Source: Octopus bimaculoides (taxonomy: Eukaryota). Taken from it: 44,192 nucleotides of DNA. This document shows positions 34,009 through 44,192 of the stretch, piece after piece. Each line of letters opens with the position of its first letter. Within the stretch, counting starts at the first letter, position 1. Both the position numbers and the translations under genes were made by a program. The stretch spans positions 46,485,694-46,529,885 of the forward strand of contig NC_068996.1 in assembly GCF_001194135.2 (NCBI RefSeq), written 5' to 3'. Below the pieces are notes generated by a model. That model was not told where the DNA came from and ran no database searches. It saw only the letters and a list, made by a program, of their open reading frames with translations.

Positions 34009-34565
34009 AGGGAGCTTACCTCCCTTGTCAGTCATTAAAATAAGGTGCTTCTTGTGGTTATAAGTTGTTTTAACTCTTATTTCTAGCAATACTGGTACAC
34101 ACACACACATACATATTTACATATCTATATATACATACACACACACATATATATACATACACACATACATACATACACACATAATACATACATACATACA
34201 CACATATATACATACATACACACATACATAATACATACATATGTATATATATATATACACACACACATGTATATATAAATGATCCTAAATTAAATCTTAA
34301 TGTCAACATATACATTCCTGTTCTATCCTTTCTGCCTTCTTTCATTTTTTTCCTTCTTCTGCATTCTTTATTTTCTTTCTTTCTTTCTTTCTTTCTTTCT
34401 TTTAATCCCCTTACTTTCTTCATAGTTCTCATCTTTCACATTCTTCTCTCCACCCCTTTCATTATTTAAAAAAAATTTCTTAGTGAATGTTAAACAGTCA
34501 GAAAGAAAAATATTTAAGACATGACATAGTTTACATTTTGAAAAGTATGTTGATTTTTCAGTCTT

Positions 34566-34614
<49 letters not shown>

Positions 34615-34640
34615 ATGTGTGTGCACGTGCGAGCATATGT

Positions 34641-34673
<33 letters not shown>

Positions 34674-35269
34674 CATGCATGCATATATATGTGTGTGTAT
34701 ATGTATATATATATATTTATATATATATATANNNNNNNNNNNNNNNNNNNNNNNNNNNNNNNNNNNNNNNNNNNNNNNNNNNNNNNNNNNNNNNNNNNNN
34801 NNNNNNNNNNNNNNNNNNNNNNNNNNNNNNNNNNNNNNNNNNNNNNNNNNNNNNNNNNNNNNNNNNNNNNNNNNNNNNNNNNNNNNNNNNNNNNNNNNNN
34901 NNNNNNNNNNNNNNNNNNNNNNNNNNNNNNNNNNNNNNNNNNNNNNNNNNNNNNNNNNNNNNNNNNNNNNNNNNNNNNNNNNNNNNNNNNNNNNNNNNNN
35001 NNNNNNNNNNNNNNNNNNNNNNNNNNNNNNNNNNNNNNNNNNNNNNNNNNNNNNNNNNNNNNNNNNNNNNNNNNNNNNNNNNNNNNNNNNNNNNNNNNNN
35101 NNNNNNNNNNCCTGAACGTCCAATAACACTGTACTTATTCCACGTCCTTGCATTGTTGTTTTTTCGCGTTTTTCTTGCTTGTTCATGTTTGGATTGACTA
35201 TATATATATATATATAGATATATACATACATACATGCATGCACACACACACACACACACACACACAAAT

Positions 35270-35688
35270 CATCATCATTTGATGTCCACTTTCCATGCTG
35301 GCATGGGTCAGACGTTTTGACAGGAGTTGCTGATGAACCAGAGAGCTGCACCAGGTTCCTATCTGATTTGGCATGGTTTCTACAGCTGGATACCCTTCCT
35401 AACAACAACCACTCCAGGAGTGTAACGGGTGCTTTTACGTGCCACCAGCATGGGTATCATTTACGTGACACTGACAATGACCAAGACTACGATTCATGGG
35501 TGAGTGCCATTTACATGGCACTGGTAGTGACCATCACTATGATTCATGGGTACCATTTGTATGCCATCAGTAATGACCACACTTCCCAGGCGCCAATTTA
35601 CATGGCACCATTGTTGACCACGACTACGATGCATGGGTGCCAATTACATGGCACCGGCATCAACTACGACGATTCACAGGTGCCATAT
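35270..35688 (-). mobile_element. Family A variant whose 5' part is a ~45-bp degenerate tandem array (35449-35688)
   Basis: Family A body 35270-35445, then repeated catgggt..cca(t/a)ttacatggcac...gacca..actacgatt units. Confidence 0.75.
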
Positions 35689-36075
35689 GACTGTGGCCAT
35701 GCTGGAGCACTGCCTTTAGTCGAAGAAATCGACCCCAGAACTTATTCTTTGTAAGTCTAGTACCTATTCTATTGGTCTCTTTTGCTGAACTGCTAAGTTA
35801 CAGGGATTTAAACACACCAACACCAGTTGTCAAGCGATGGTGGTGGGATTAACAGATACAACACACAAGTATACACACACACACACACACACACACACCC
35901 TCATATATATACATACGAGAGACTTCTTTCAGTTTCCGTCTACCAAATACCTTCACAAGGGTTTGGTCGGCCTGAGGCTATAGTAGAAGACACTCGCTCA
36001 AGGTGCCACGCAGTGGGACTGAACCCGGAACCATGTGGTTGGGAAGCAAGCTTCTTACCATGCAGCCATGCTTGT
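35689..36075 (-). mobile_element. Family B SINE
   Basis: Colinear with 36241-36669. Confidence 0.85.
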
Positions 36076-36240
36076 ACCTTTACATATATTTATATATAAC
36101 AAAAGAGATGGAGTGAAAATGGAATTTGAGAGATTTTCTATTAATCACAACAATTGTTTCACTCTATCTTGCATTCGTCCCTCATGGGTGAGATTCTTGA
36201 CAATTGATTATAGTACATCCTTTGGTGCAAATGTGTCTAG

Positions 36241-36463
36241 TTACTCTTTTACTCTGTTACCTGTTTCAGTCATTTGACTGTGGCCATGCTGGAGCACCGC
36301 CTTTAGTCGAGCAAATCGACCCCAGGACTTATTCTTTGTAAGCCTAGTACTTATTCTATCCATCTCTTTTGCCGAGCCGCTAAGTTACGGGGACGTAAAC
36401 ACACCAGCATCGGGTGTCAAGCAATGTTGGAGGGGGGGGACAAACAAAGACACACAAACATAT

Positions 36464-36512
<49 letters not shown>

Positions 36513-36669
36513 TAGGACAGGCTTCTTTCAGTTTCCGCCTACCAAATCCACTCACAAGGCTTTGGTCGGCCCAAGGCTATAGTAGAAGACACTTGCCCAA
36601 GGTGCCACGCAGTAGGACTGAACCCGGAACCATGTGGTTCGTTAGCAAGCTACTTACCACACAGCCACT
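36241..36669 (-). mobile_element. Family B tRNA-derived SINE, best-preserved copy (CORE-like domain)
   Basis: Minus strand: A box TGGCTGTGTGG (36657-36667), B box GGTTCAGTCC (36615-36624), accttgggcaagtg resembling the CORE-SINE motif, internal (TA/CA)n, AAAAGAGT-type tail. Confidence 0.9.
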
Positions 36670-36809
36670 TGCTCAATAAAATAAACTCAGTCTTGTTTGG
36701 TTCGATTATAATGTATTTGGTTATTTGCCTGTAGCTTGTTACATACAGAATTTGATATATATATCAATAAATATATCATTAAAGTTTGTTTTTATGTTCA
36801 GTTGCGACA

Positions 36810-37395
36810 ACACCACTGACTTACCAACTTTGTCACCAGGACATTCAACAGCAACGTGGGAACTTCTTCATTGCCACCATCATGTCCTTCTTAATGTCAT
36901 CAACATCATCTCTCTATGTACATAGCTCAGCAAGCAATTGACCCAGGTTCCAACAGTTCACTGCTCATTAATTATTTCACCATAGATCAACAGCGAATAT
37001 ACAACCTGCACGAACTCCTGTACAAGTGACCCAGGCAGCAGCATTATAGCCACAGCTTCACATAGACATGTACCTGTAACTGGCTCAGCATCATGGCTCC
37101 AACTTTTTGATAGTGTTTCAACCACCATGTACGACTGACTATGAACTGGTATTATCATCTTTCTTGTGTCTATGAACTTACTTCTCACTCCCATGGCTTA
37201 TAGATGTTTCCACTTTCTTCTTATCGCCAACCTTAAATATACTTAATACACGTGCATACATTTTGTTCTCATGATGGCCTGTCTATTATTCTATATACAT
37301 GATGCACACACAGACACACATGTTTACATATCAATAACTGTTCTCTTAATTATTCTTACACGGTTGTGTCTCTTTCCATCTGGCATTTATGTGTT
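36810..37395 (+). mobile_element. Diverged second copy of the 21176-22174 element
   Basis: Identical 15-mer CTATGAACTGGTATT (37139-37153 vs minus 21572-21586), plus colinear ct.ctgtac.aagt.acc, gcacacacagacacaca and acggttgtgtctct blocks. Confidence 0.7.
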
Positions 37396-37408
37396 CCATT
37401 TAATTTGG

Positions 37409-37670
37409 CGCTTGTGCCGGTGGCATGTGAACAAAACATCCGAGCGAGGTTGTTACCAGCACTGCTGGACTGACTCCTGTGCAGGTGGCACGTAAAAGCA
37501 CCCAGTACACTCCCGGAGTGGTTGGCATTAGGAAGGGCATCCAGCTGTAGAAACTCTACCAGACCAGATTGGAGCCTGGTGCAGCCATCCTGATCGCCAG
37601 ACCCCAGTCAAATCGTCCAACTCATGCTAGCATGGAAAGCAGACGTTAAACGATGATGATGATGATGATG
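37409..37670 (+). mobile_element. Family A RTE-tail retroelement
   Basis: gtgccggtggca...gtggcacgtaaaagcaccc...gacgttaaac(gat)n. Confidence 0.88.
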
Positions 37671-38042
37671 TAACGGCCATATGGTATGGTACAAATGAAC
37701 CATTCTCGTCACCTTGCATCGCATGGTCCCTTACAACTTTATGCATTAGTAAAGTACAAATTTATTATTCTTAAACAAGAATATTATTGACAGTAACTTT
37801 GAAGTTGCAGTCAGTTAAGCCAGGCAGTCTAATGATGACTTCAAAGTGACTGTCAATACTATTCTCATTTAAAGATAATAAATATCAATAAATATATCAA
37901 TACCATATCAATAAAACTTTAGAATAGATTTATTAAAGCAATGAGGAAGTTTTAGCACAGGGCAAAGAATGATTGCCTTGTGGTAGAGACGTGGTTATCA
38001 TTCGACCAATTAGGCTTAAATACCCAGATTTTGACTCATTAT

Positions 38043-38245
38043 TACTCTTTTACTTGTTTCAGTCATTTGGCTGTGGCCATGCTGGAGCACCACCTTTAGT
38101 GAAGCAAGTCGACCCTAAGACTTATTCTTTGTAAGCATAGCACTTATTCTATCGGTTACTTTTGCTGAACTGCTAGGTCACGGGAACGTAAACACACCAG
38201 CATCTGTTGTCAAGCGATGTTGGAGGAACAAACACAGATGCACAA

Positions 38246-38306
<61 letters not shown>

Positions 38307-38408
38307 TACAACGGGCTTCTTTCAGTTTCCATCTACCAAATCCACTCACAAGGCTTTGGTCGGCCCGAGGCTATAGTAGAAGACACTTGCCCTAAGTGCC
38401 ATGCAGTG
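38043..38408 (-). mobile_element. Family B SINE, head runs into gap
   Basis: Colinear with 36241-36615. Confidence 0.88.
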
Positions 38409-38632
38409 NNNNNNNNNNNNNNNNNNNNNNNNNNNNNNNNNNNNNNNNNNNNNNNNNNNNNNNNNNNNNNNNNNNNNNNNNNNNNNNNNNNNNNNNNNNN
38501 NNNNNNNNNNNNNNNNNNNNNNNNNNNNNNNNNNNNNNNNNNNNNNNNNNNNNNNNNNNNNNNNNNNNNNNNNNNNNNNNNNNNNNNNNNNNNNNNNNNN
38601 NNNNNNGTTTCTGTTGAAATACATTGGTTTTC

Positions 38633-38942
38633 ATCATTATCATCATCATTTAATGTCCGCCTTCCATGCTAGCATGGGTTGGACTATTTGACTGAGGACT
38701 GGTGAACCAGAAGGCTGCACCAGGCTCCAATCTGATCTGGCAGAGTTTCTACAGCTGGATGCCCTTCCTAACACCAACCACTCCGAGAGTGTAGTGGGTG
38801 CTTTTACGTGCCACCAGCACGAGGGCCAGTCACACGGTACTGGCAACGGCCACGCTCAAAATGGTGTATTTTACGTGCCACCTGCACAGGAGCCAGTCCA
38901 GCAGCACTGGCAACGACCTCGCTCGAATGTTTTTTCACATGC
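38633..38942 (-). mobile_element. Family A RTE-tail retroelement
   Basis: Near-consensus, with two 5' modules. Confidence 0.88.
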
Positions 38943-39066
38943 CATTCCTCTTAATTTTCAAAATAACGAAAAACTTAATAAAAATAGCTTTGTTATCATT
39001 ATCAAACTAGAGTTTGTAACATATATTAACACGAAACTTTGGTAGAAAGTTTTAATTTAGATCTCT

Positions 39067-39297
39067 TTAACCTTTTAGATATTATATTTCTGTTGAAATA
39101 CACCAGTCTTGTTTCAATTAATTTTGGAAATAGCAAGAATTTAGTAAAATAACTATGTCATGATTAAACTGGTGTTTAGATTACAAATTAGCATGTAATT
39201 TTCATGGAAAACTGTAATTTTCATCGCTTTAAAGCAGGAAGTTTATATCATAAAACCAGGGTGGTCTCAGGCGAGTTGTTAGTGTCAAAATGGCTAA
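39067..39297. mobile_element. Probable decayed piggyBac-type MITE (second family; similar sequence at 33490-33630)
   Basis: ttaa-cctttt start, aaaatggctaa end; shared ttaa(a)ctggtgttt, tttaaagc and agggt blocks. Confidence 0.45.
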
Positions 39298-39684
39298 GCG
39301 ACAAGAATCCTAGAAAATTAGTTAATTAGTTTCAGACTATTTTCCAGGACAGATTCTTTAAGAATTATTTTACATTAATTCTAGTTTTGTTTCAATTGTC
39401 ACATTCTTTGGCATTTTTCTGTATACTAACACCAATGTTTTGCCTTTTCATATCATTTTAAAATATTTTATATTTGCAATTTTCCCTCTTTTTAAAAAAA
39501 ATTTTTGTTTTTAAAGTGATTTTAATTTTCTCTAATTCACATTTAGACAATTTTTATGAGAAAATAATCAAATGAAATAAATAACTGAATTTGTTCACTT
39601 CAATTTAGATTTCGTGCTTATCCTTACCTATAGTCATAAATGAGGGTAACAAGCAAAGAAGTACGATTACAAATACTAAAAGTG

Positions 39685-39954
39685 GCTGAGATGGGGGTTC
39701 CGCTGATGAGTCTTTGGACTAATGTTACTCAACAAGGTGGGAGTGCATAGGTTAGAGATCAGGGAGGAGTCTCTCTCAAGGTTGAGCCATCACTTCTCTG
39801 CATTGAGAGGTTACATCTCTGGTACTACAGACATGCTATGGAAATGTTGTAGGGAAGAATAGCAGGATTGATTCTTCAGCTTGAGCCAGCTGGTAGGAGA
39901 TCTGGGGGTGAACCAAGAACAGAACAGTCAGATAATATCCATAGTCTTGGATGG
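39685..39954 (+). mobile_element. RTE-clade (Expander/Rex3-like) LINE C-terminal fragment
   Basis: Frameshift-corrected AEMG...GLMLLNKV...EIREE..KVEPSLLCIER...QLEPAGRRSGGEPRT...DNIHSLGW parallels the Rex3-type end AEMSFLRRV...VEPLLLRIER...PTGRRPRGRPRTRW...LAW (recalled consensus). Confidence 0.7.
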
Positions 39955-40513
39955 TCATCATCATCATCCTTTAACATCCGCTTTCCATGCTGGCATGGGT
40001 TGGACAGTTTGACCAGAGTTGGCAATCTGGATAGCTGCACCTGGCTCTGTTGTCTGTTTTGACTTGGTCTCTACAGCTGGATGCCCTTCCTACCACCAAT
40101 CACTTTACTGGGTACTTTCATGTGGTACTGCNNNNNNNNNNNNNNNNNNNNNNNNNNNNNNNNNNNNNNNNNNNNNNNNNNNNNNNNNNNNNNNNNNNNN
40201 NNNNNNNNNNNNNNNNNNNNNNNNNNNNNNNTGATTTTAATTGGTGGAGTATGTACAATCCAACTAAATCCGTGGCCTGAGCTGAATCGGAAGAACCCAT
40301 GGTTACATCAACGACTGGGGCAAACTAGTTGGTATACAGCACTTAATCAGTATTACCTGTATCCTCTTGGGTTTGGTTAAATCCAATACCCTCCTCAACC
40401 TTATATCAACATCATCATCATCATCGTTTAACGTCTGCTTTCCATGCTAGCATGGGTTGGACGATTTGACTGAGGACTGGTGCAACCGGATGGCTACACC
40501 AGGCTCCAATGTA

Positions 40514-40547
<34 letters not shown>

Positions 40548-40934
40548 CGTACATGCATACGCATAAGTAAAGTAATCTTTTATTAGAATACTTCTCTTCA
40601 TGTCAAAAAGTACCAACAGCTTGGACCATCAAAGCCTGGTTAATTGGATAATCAAAATATAAATAAAAACAAAGAGACAAGTGAGGGACAAAGAATGAAA
40701 AACAAAAGGAGGAAAATAAAAAATATAAGAAACTACAAATAAAAGGATCCCGTAGTAAAAACAACAATAAGAACTTATGTTTCTGTATTTGTGATTAGTT
40801 AAGTGGGTTGGCTGTGTTGTTAAAAATATGATAATGGTGATGTCAGTGGTGGTATCATGTATGCGTATGTGTATGTGTGTATGCATGTATTAATGGGTAA
40901 GTGTGTGCATGCACACACACTTATAAGTATATAC

Positions 40935-40974
<40 letters not shown>

Positions 40975-41066
40975 ACTATTATGATCATTGTCGTTTAACA
41001 TTTGCCTTCTGGGCTGGCCTGGGTTAGACGGTTTGACAGGGACTGGCCTGGCAGGAGACTGTTACA

Positions 41067-41109
<43 letters not shown>

Positions 41110-41735
41110 GTTTAACGTCCGTTTTTCCATGCTGGCTTGGGTTGGACCGTTTGACTGAGGACTGGCAAACCGGATGGCTGCACCAGGCTCTAATCTGATC
41201 TGGCAAGGTTTCTACAACTGGATGCCCTTCCTAACGCCAACCATTCCAAGAATGTAGTATAAATGATAAACATTCTATCATATATAAATATCAGCTTCAT
41301 CGTTTAACATTCGCTTTCCATGCTAGCATGGGTTGGATGATTTGACTGAGGACTGGCGAACCAGATGGCTACATCAGGCTCCAGTCTGATCTGGCAGAGT
41401 TTCTACAGCTGGATGCCCTTCCTAACGCCAACCACTCAGAGAGTGTAGTAGGTGCTTTTACATGCCACCGGCACGAGGGCCAGTCAGGCGGTACTGGCAA
41501 TGGCCACGCTCAAATGGTGTGTTTTACATGCCACCTGCACAGGAGCCAGTCCAGCGGCACTGACAACGACCTCACTCAAATGTTTTCTAACGTGCCAGTA
41601 AGGCAATGCTGGTAACGATCACGCTCAAATGGTACTATTTATGTGCCACTGGCATGGAAGCAAGACAGCTGCTCTGGCAATGATCACGCTTGGACGGTGC
41701 TGTTAGTACTCCACTGGCACAGGTGCCAGTCATCG
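39955..41735 (-). mobile_element. Cluster of five minus-strand family A copies (39955-40131, 40410-40512, 40983-41050, 41067-41240, 41296-41735)
   Basis: Each begins with catc(atc)n(g)tttaac and continues in the family A consensus; the last has four 5' modules. Confidence 0.85.
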
Positions 41736-41769
41736 AATATGATTCAATTACGATTTCGATTTATTATTT

Positions 41770-41912
41770 CATAGCTTTGAGATTTTAATGATGTAATTGT
41801 TAATTTTTAGAATGACATTGTCAGGTAAATGTGAGAGGACAAATCCAGCCAGTTTTGATAGAAAATATGTTGAAGATTTGGGCTGGATATGACTGGTTTA
41901 AGTGCTAAAGGG
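41770..41912. mobile_element. piggyBac-type MITE right half; a further left end begins at 41972
   Basis: ...gtgctaaaggg|TTAA (41913-41916); TTAA|ccctttagc at 41972-41984. Confidence 0.75.
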
Positions 41913-42314
41913 TTAAAGAGTCCATTAGATGTGCAGTCTTGGAAAAAAAACATGAGGTTATTATTTCTGCATTAACCCTTTAGCATCTTATAATAATTCT
42001 GCTTGTCATTGTGTTACTTAGCCCATCAGTAATGCTTCACGTGATTAGAGTGAAAAAAAGGAGAGAGAAAAAGAGGGAGAGAGAAAAAGGGGGACAGAGA
42101 AGCATTCATGACATGAGGTAGAGGGAATGTAATTGTAATGTTTCATGTCATTGGTAGAAGGGAAAGAGAGGAGAAAGGAGCGAGAAAAAGACAAAAAAAA
42201 AAGAGAGAGAGCTTGACCTAACAATGAACCACAAAGACCTGGGTACATCACTATAAGTAACATATCACTGTTTATTGTATGCACACCATACATATACACA
42301 CTTCTCTATATATC

Positions 42315-42531
42315 TGAAGGGGTGCTGAAAAGTTCCTGGCTTTAAGGGTATCACAAAAGGCTTGGCTGGAGGCCTAACCTTTTGAGTTCTTTTACAGGGC
42401 TTAGAAAAACTGAAGAACCGCTGCAATAAGTGTGTGAATCTGAGAGGGGAATATGTTGAATAAAATCATAATTAACTGATCATGCTGTATATTCTTTTTT
42501 CCCAAAGCCAGGAACTGTTCATCACCCCAAT
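42315..42531 (+). mobile_element. mariner-derived MITE retaining the transposase C-terminus
   Basis: TIR GGGGTGCTGAAAAGTTCCTGGCTTT (42319-42343) vs 42504-42528 (23/25), TA-rich flanks, internal GLEKLKNRCNKCVNLRGEYVE*. Confidence 0.88.
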
Positions 42532-43171
42532 ATATATATATATATANNNNNNNNNNNNNNNNNNNNNNNNNNNNNNNNNNNNNNNNNNNNNNNNNNNNNN
42601 NNNNNNNNNNNNNNNNNNNNNNNNNNNNNNNNNNNNNNNNNNNNNNNNNNNNNNNNNNNNNNNNNNNNNNNNNNNNNNNNNNNNNNNNNNNNNNNNNNNN
42701 NNNNNNNNNNNNNNNNNNNNNNNNNNNNNNNNNNNNNNNNNNNNNNNNNNNNNNNNNNNNNNNNNNNNNNNNNNNNNNNNNNNNNNNNNNNNNNNNNNNN
42801 NNNNNNNNNNNNNNNNNNNNNNNNNNNNNNNNNNNNNNNNNNNNNNNNNNNNNNNNNNNNNNNNNNNNNNNNNNNNNNNNNNNNNNNNNNNNNNNNNNNN
42901 NNNNNNNNNNNNNNNNNNNNNNNNNNNNNNNNNNNNNNNNNNNNNNNNNNNNNNNNNNNNNNNNNNNNNNNNNNNNNNNNNNNNNNNNNNNNNNNNNNNN
43001 NNNNNNNNNNNNNNNNNNNNNNNNNNNNNNNNNNNNNNNNNNNNNNNNNNNNNNNNNNNNNNNNNNNNNNNNNNNNNNNNNNNNNNNNNNNNNNNNNNNN
43101 NNNNNNNNNNNNNNNNNNNNNNNNNNNNNNNNNNNNNNNNNNNNNNNNNNNNNNNNNNNNNNNNNNNNNNN

Positions 43172-43220
<49 letters not shown>

Positions 43221-43849
43221 ACCTTTATCTATATACCCTGCTAATGCATATGTATTGTTGAAAAGCTGGAAGCCGCAGTTTTAGTTGTGTTTATACTGCA
43301 ATTTTTACCAATCAGTTTTGGTTTTTTTACTTTGGAAATTAAGAGATGGAATATCTTAATGGAAATATGTTCATTTAAAATTTATTTAAAAATAATATCC
43401 ATATAAAATTTTTATCTGTATAACATACTTAATGTAATACATATTGTTAAAAAGCCGGAAGCTGCAGTTTTCCTCTGAATAGAAATTGCTTTATAGATAT
43501 ATCATGTTAAAAATCCACAATATATCTTACAATATGGAAGAAATCTGTAGCTTCTAGCTTTTCAGTGATGAAAATATGTTATATATATTATAAAGATAAA
43601 AATTTTACTCAAGAGCTGCATCTAATGCATAGTTTGTGAGTGTGGAAGTGTCTATATATATTTGAGGAAAATTTTTTTTAAGTTAAAAATTTTACAAGCA
43701 AAAAGTATAAAGACAGACGGTACCAATGTTGTGAAAGGGTGTTTCTGTATTGTGTAAGAGATTTTACTCTTTGTAACTTTTCAAACACGTGTGTTATGGA
43801 GTTATTTGTATAGAGAAATTTTTTATAAATATATATGCATAAATCTGTC

Positions 43850-43862
43850 TGTCTATCAATCA

Positions 43863-43894
<32 letters not shown>

Positions 43895-43895
43895 C
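43850..43895. repeat. (TCTA)n microsatellite
   Basis: Direct inspection; a similar tract lies at 30790-30825. Confidence 0.9.
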
Positions 43896-44099
43896 TTCTC
43901 ACGGACGTGCTGTCACATCGGCTGCGAAGGTAAACGTTTATTTGACCTTTTACTGTCCACATTTTGTTGGAATTTTTAAATAATTTTGTTGCGAAGCACC
44001 TAGGCTTCATTTGTGTGTATTTTCAAGGGCAGGAATTGACCCCCAGGGGCAGTTTCGGCCCTAGCAAAATACAAAAATTTCCTTCTTGACATTTGAAAA

Positions 44100-44192
44100 A
44101 TGTCGAGAAACATAATTTTGGAACGCTTGTCTTGTTCTTTTGACAAGCATTTCCCGAGGCTTCAGATGCCAGAAGAGAAAAAAGAACAGAAT
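44100..44192 (+). CDS. Possible first coding exon, open to the window edge (MSRNIILERLSCSFDKHFPRLQMPEEKKEQN...)
   Basis: 31 open codons from an ATG in non-repetitive, relatively CpG-rich sequence (from about 43900). Too short to be conclusive. Confidence 0.2.
   Translation, partial: MSRNIILERLSCSFDKHFPRLQMPEEKKEQN

Noticed and set aside
33696-34432. Poly-Ser, poly-Arg and KKER-rich ORFs
   Set aside because: Translations of (CCT)n and (TTTC)n microsatellites.

Overview
Eukaryotic, AT-rich, gap-containing and repeat-saturated DNA with no prokaryotic features (no operons, CRISPR arrays or rRNA). The SINE/LINE families look like those of a coleoid cephalopod, most likely Octopus; this is pattern recognition, not a database result. 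Most of the window is decayed transposons: a patchwork of L1/Tx1 LINE fragments (4.8-14.5 kb); a dead piggyBac with its three catalytic Asp still visible (7.8-9.8 kb); two RTE LINE copies plus an Expander/Rex3-like fragment; an R4/Dong-like LINE 3' end; a non-autonomous Helitron; pogo, mariner, hAT and piggyBac MITEs; and about 40 SINE copies from at least five families. Nearly all ORF-track entries are microsatellite, N-gap or TE artefacts. The only plausible host-gene signals are a candidate terminal exon (4549-4698) and a possible first coding exon at the right edge. The most unusual items are a 42-bp tandem array built from the RTE ORF2 terminus that encodes an open 14-aa repeat, the co-oriented Tx1 pile-up, a ~1-kb TATA/CCAAT-bearing element with a diverged second copy, a PHD-like finger inside the RTE RT, and a strong SINE strand bias. 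I cannot support a wholly new biological system from the sequence alone.
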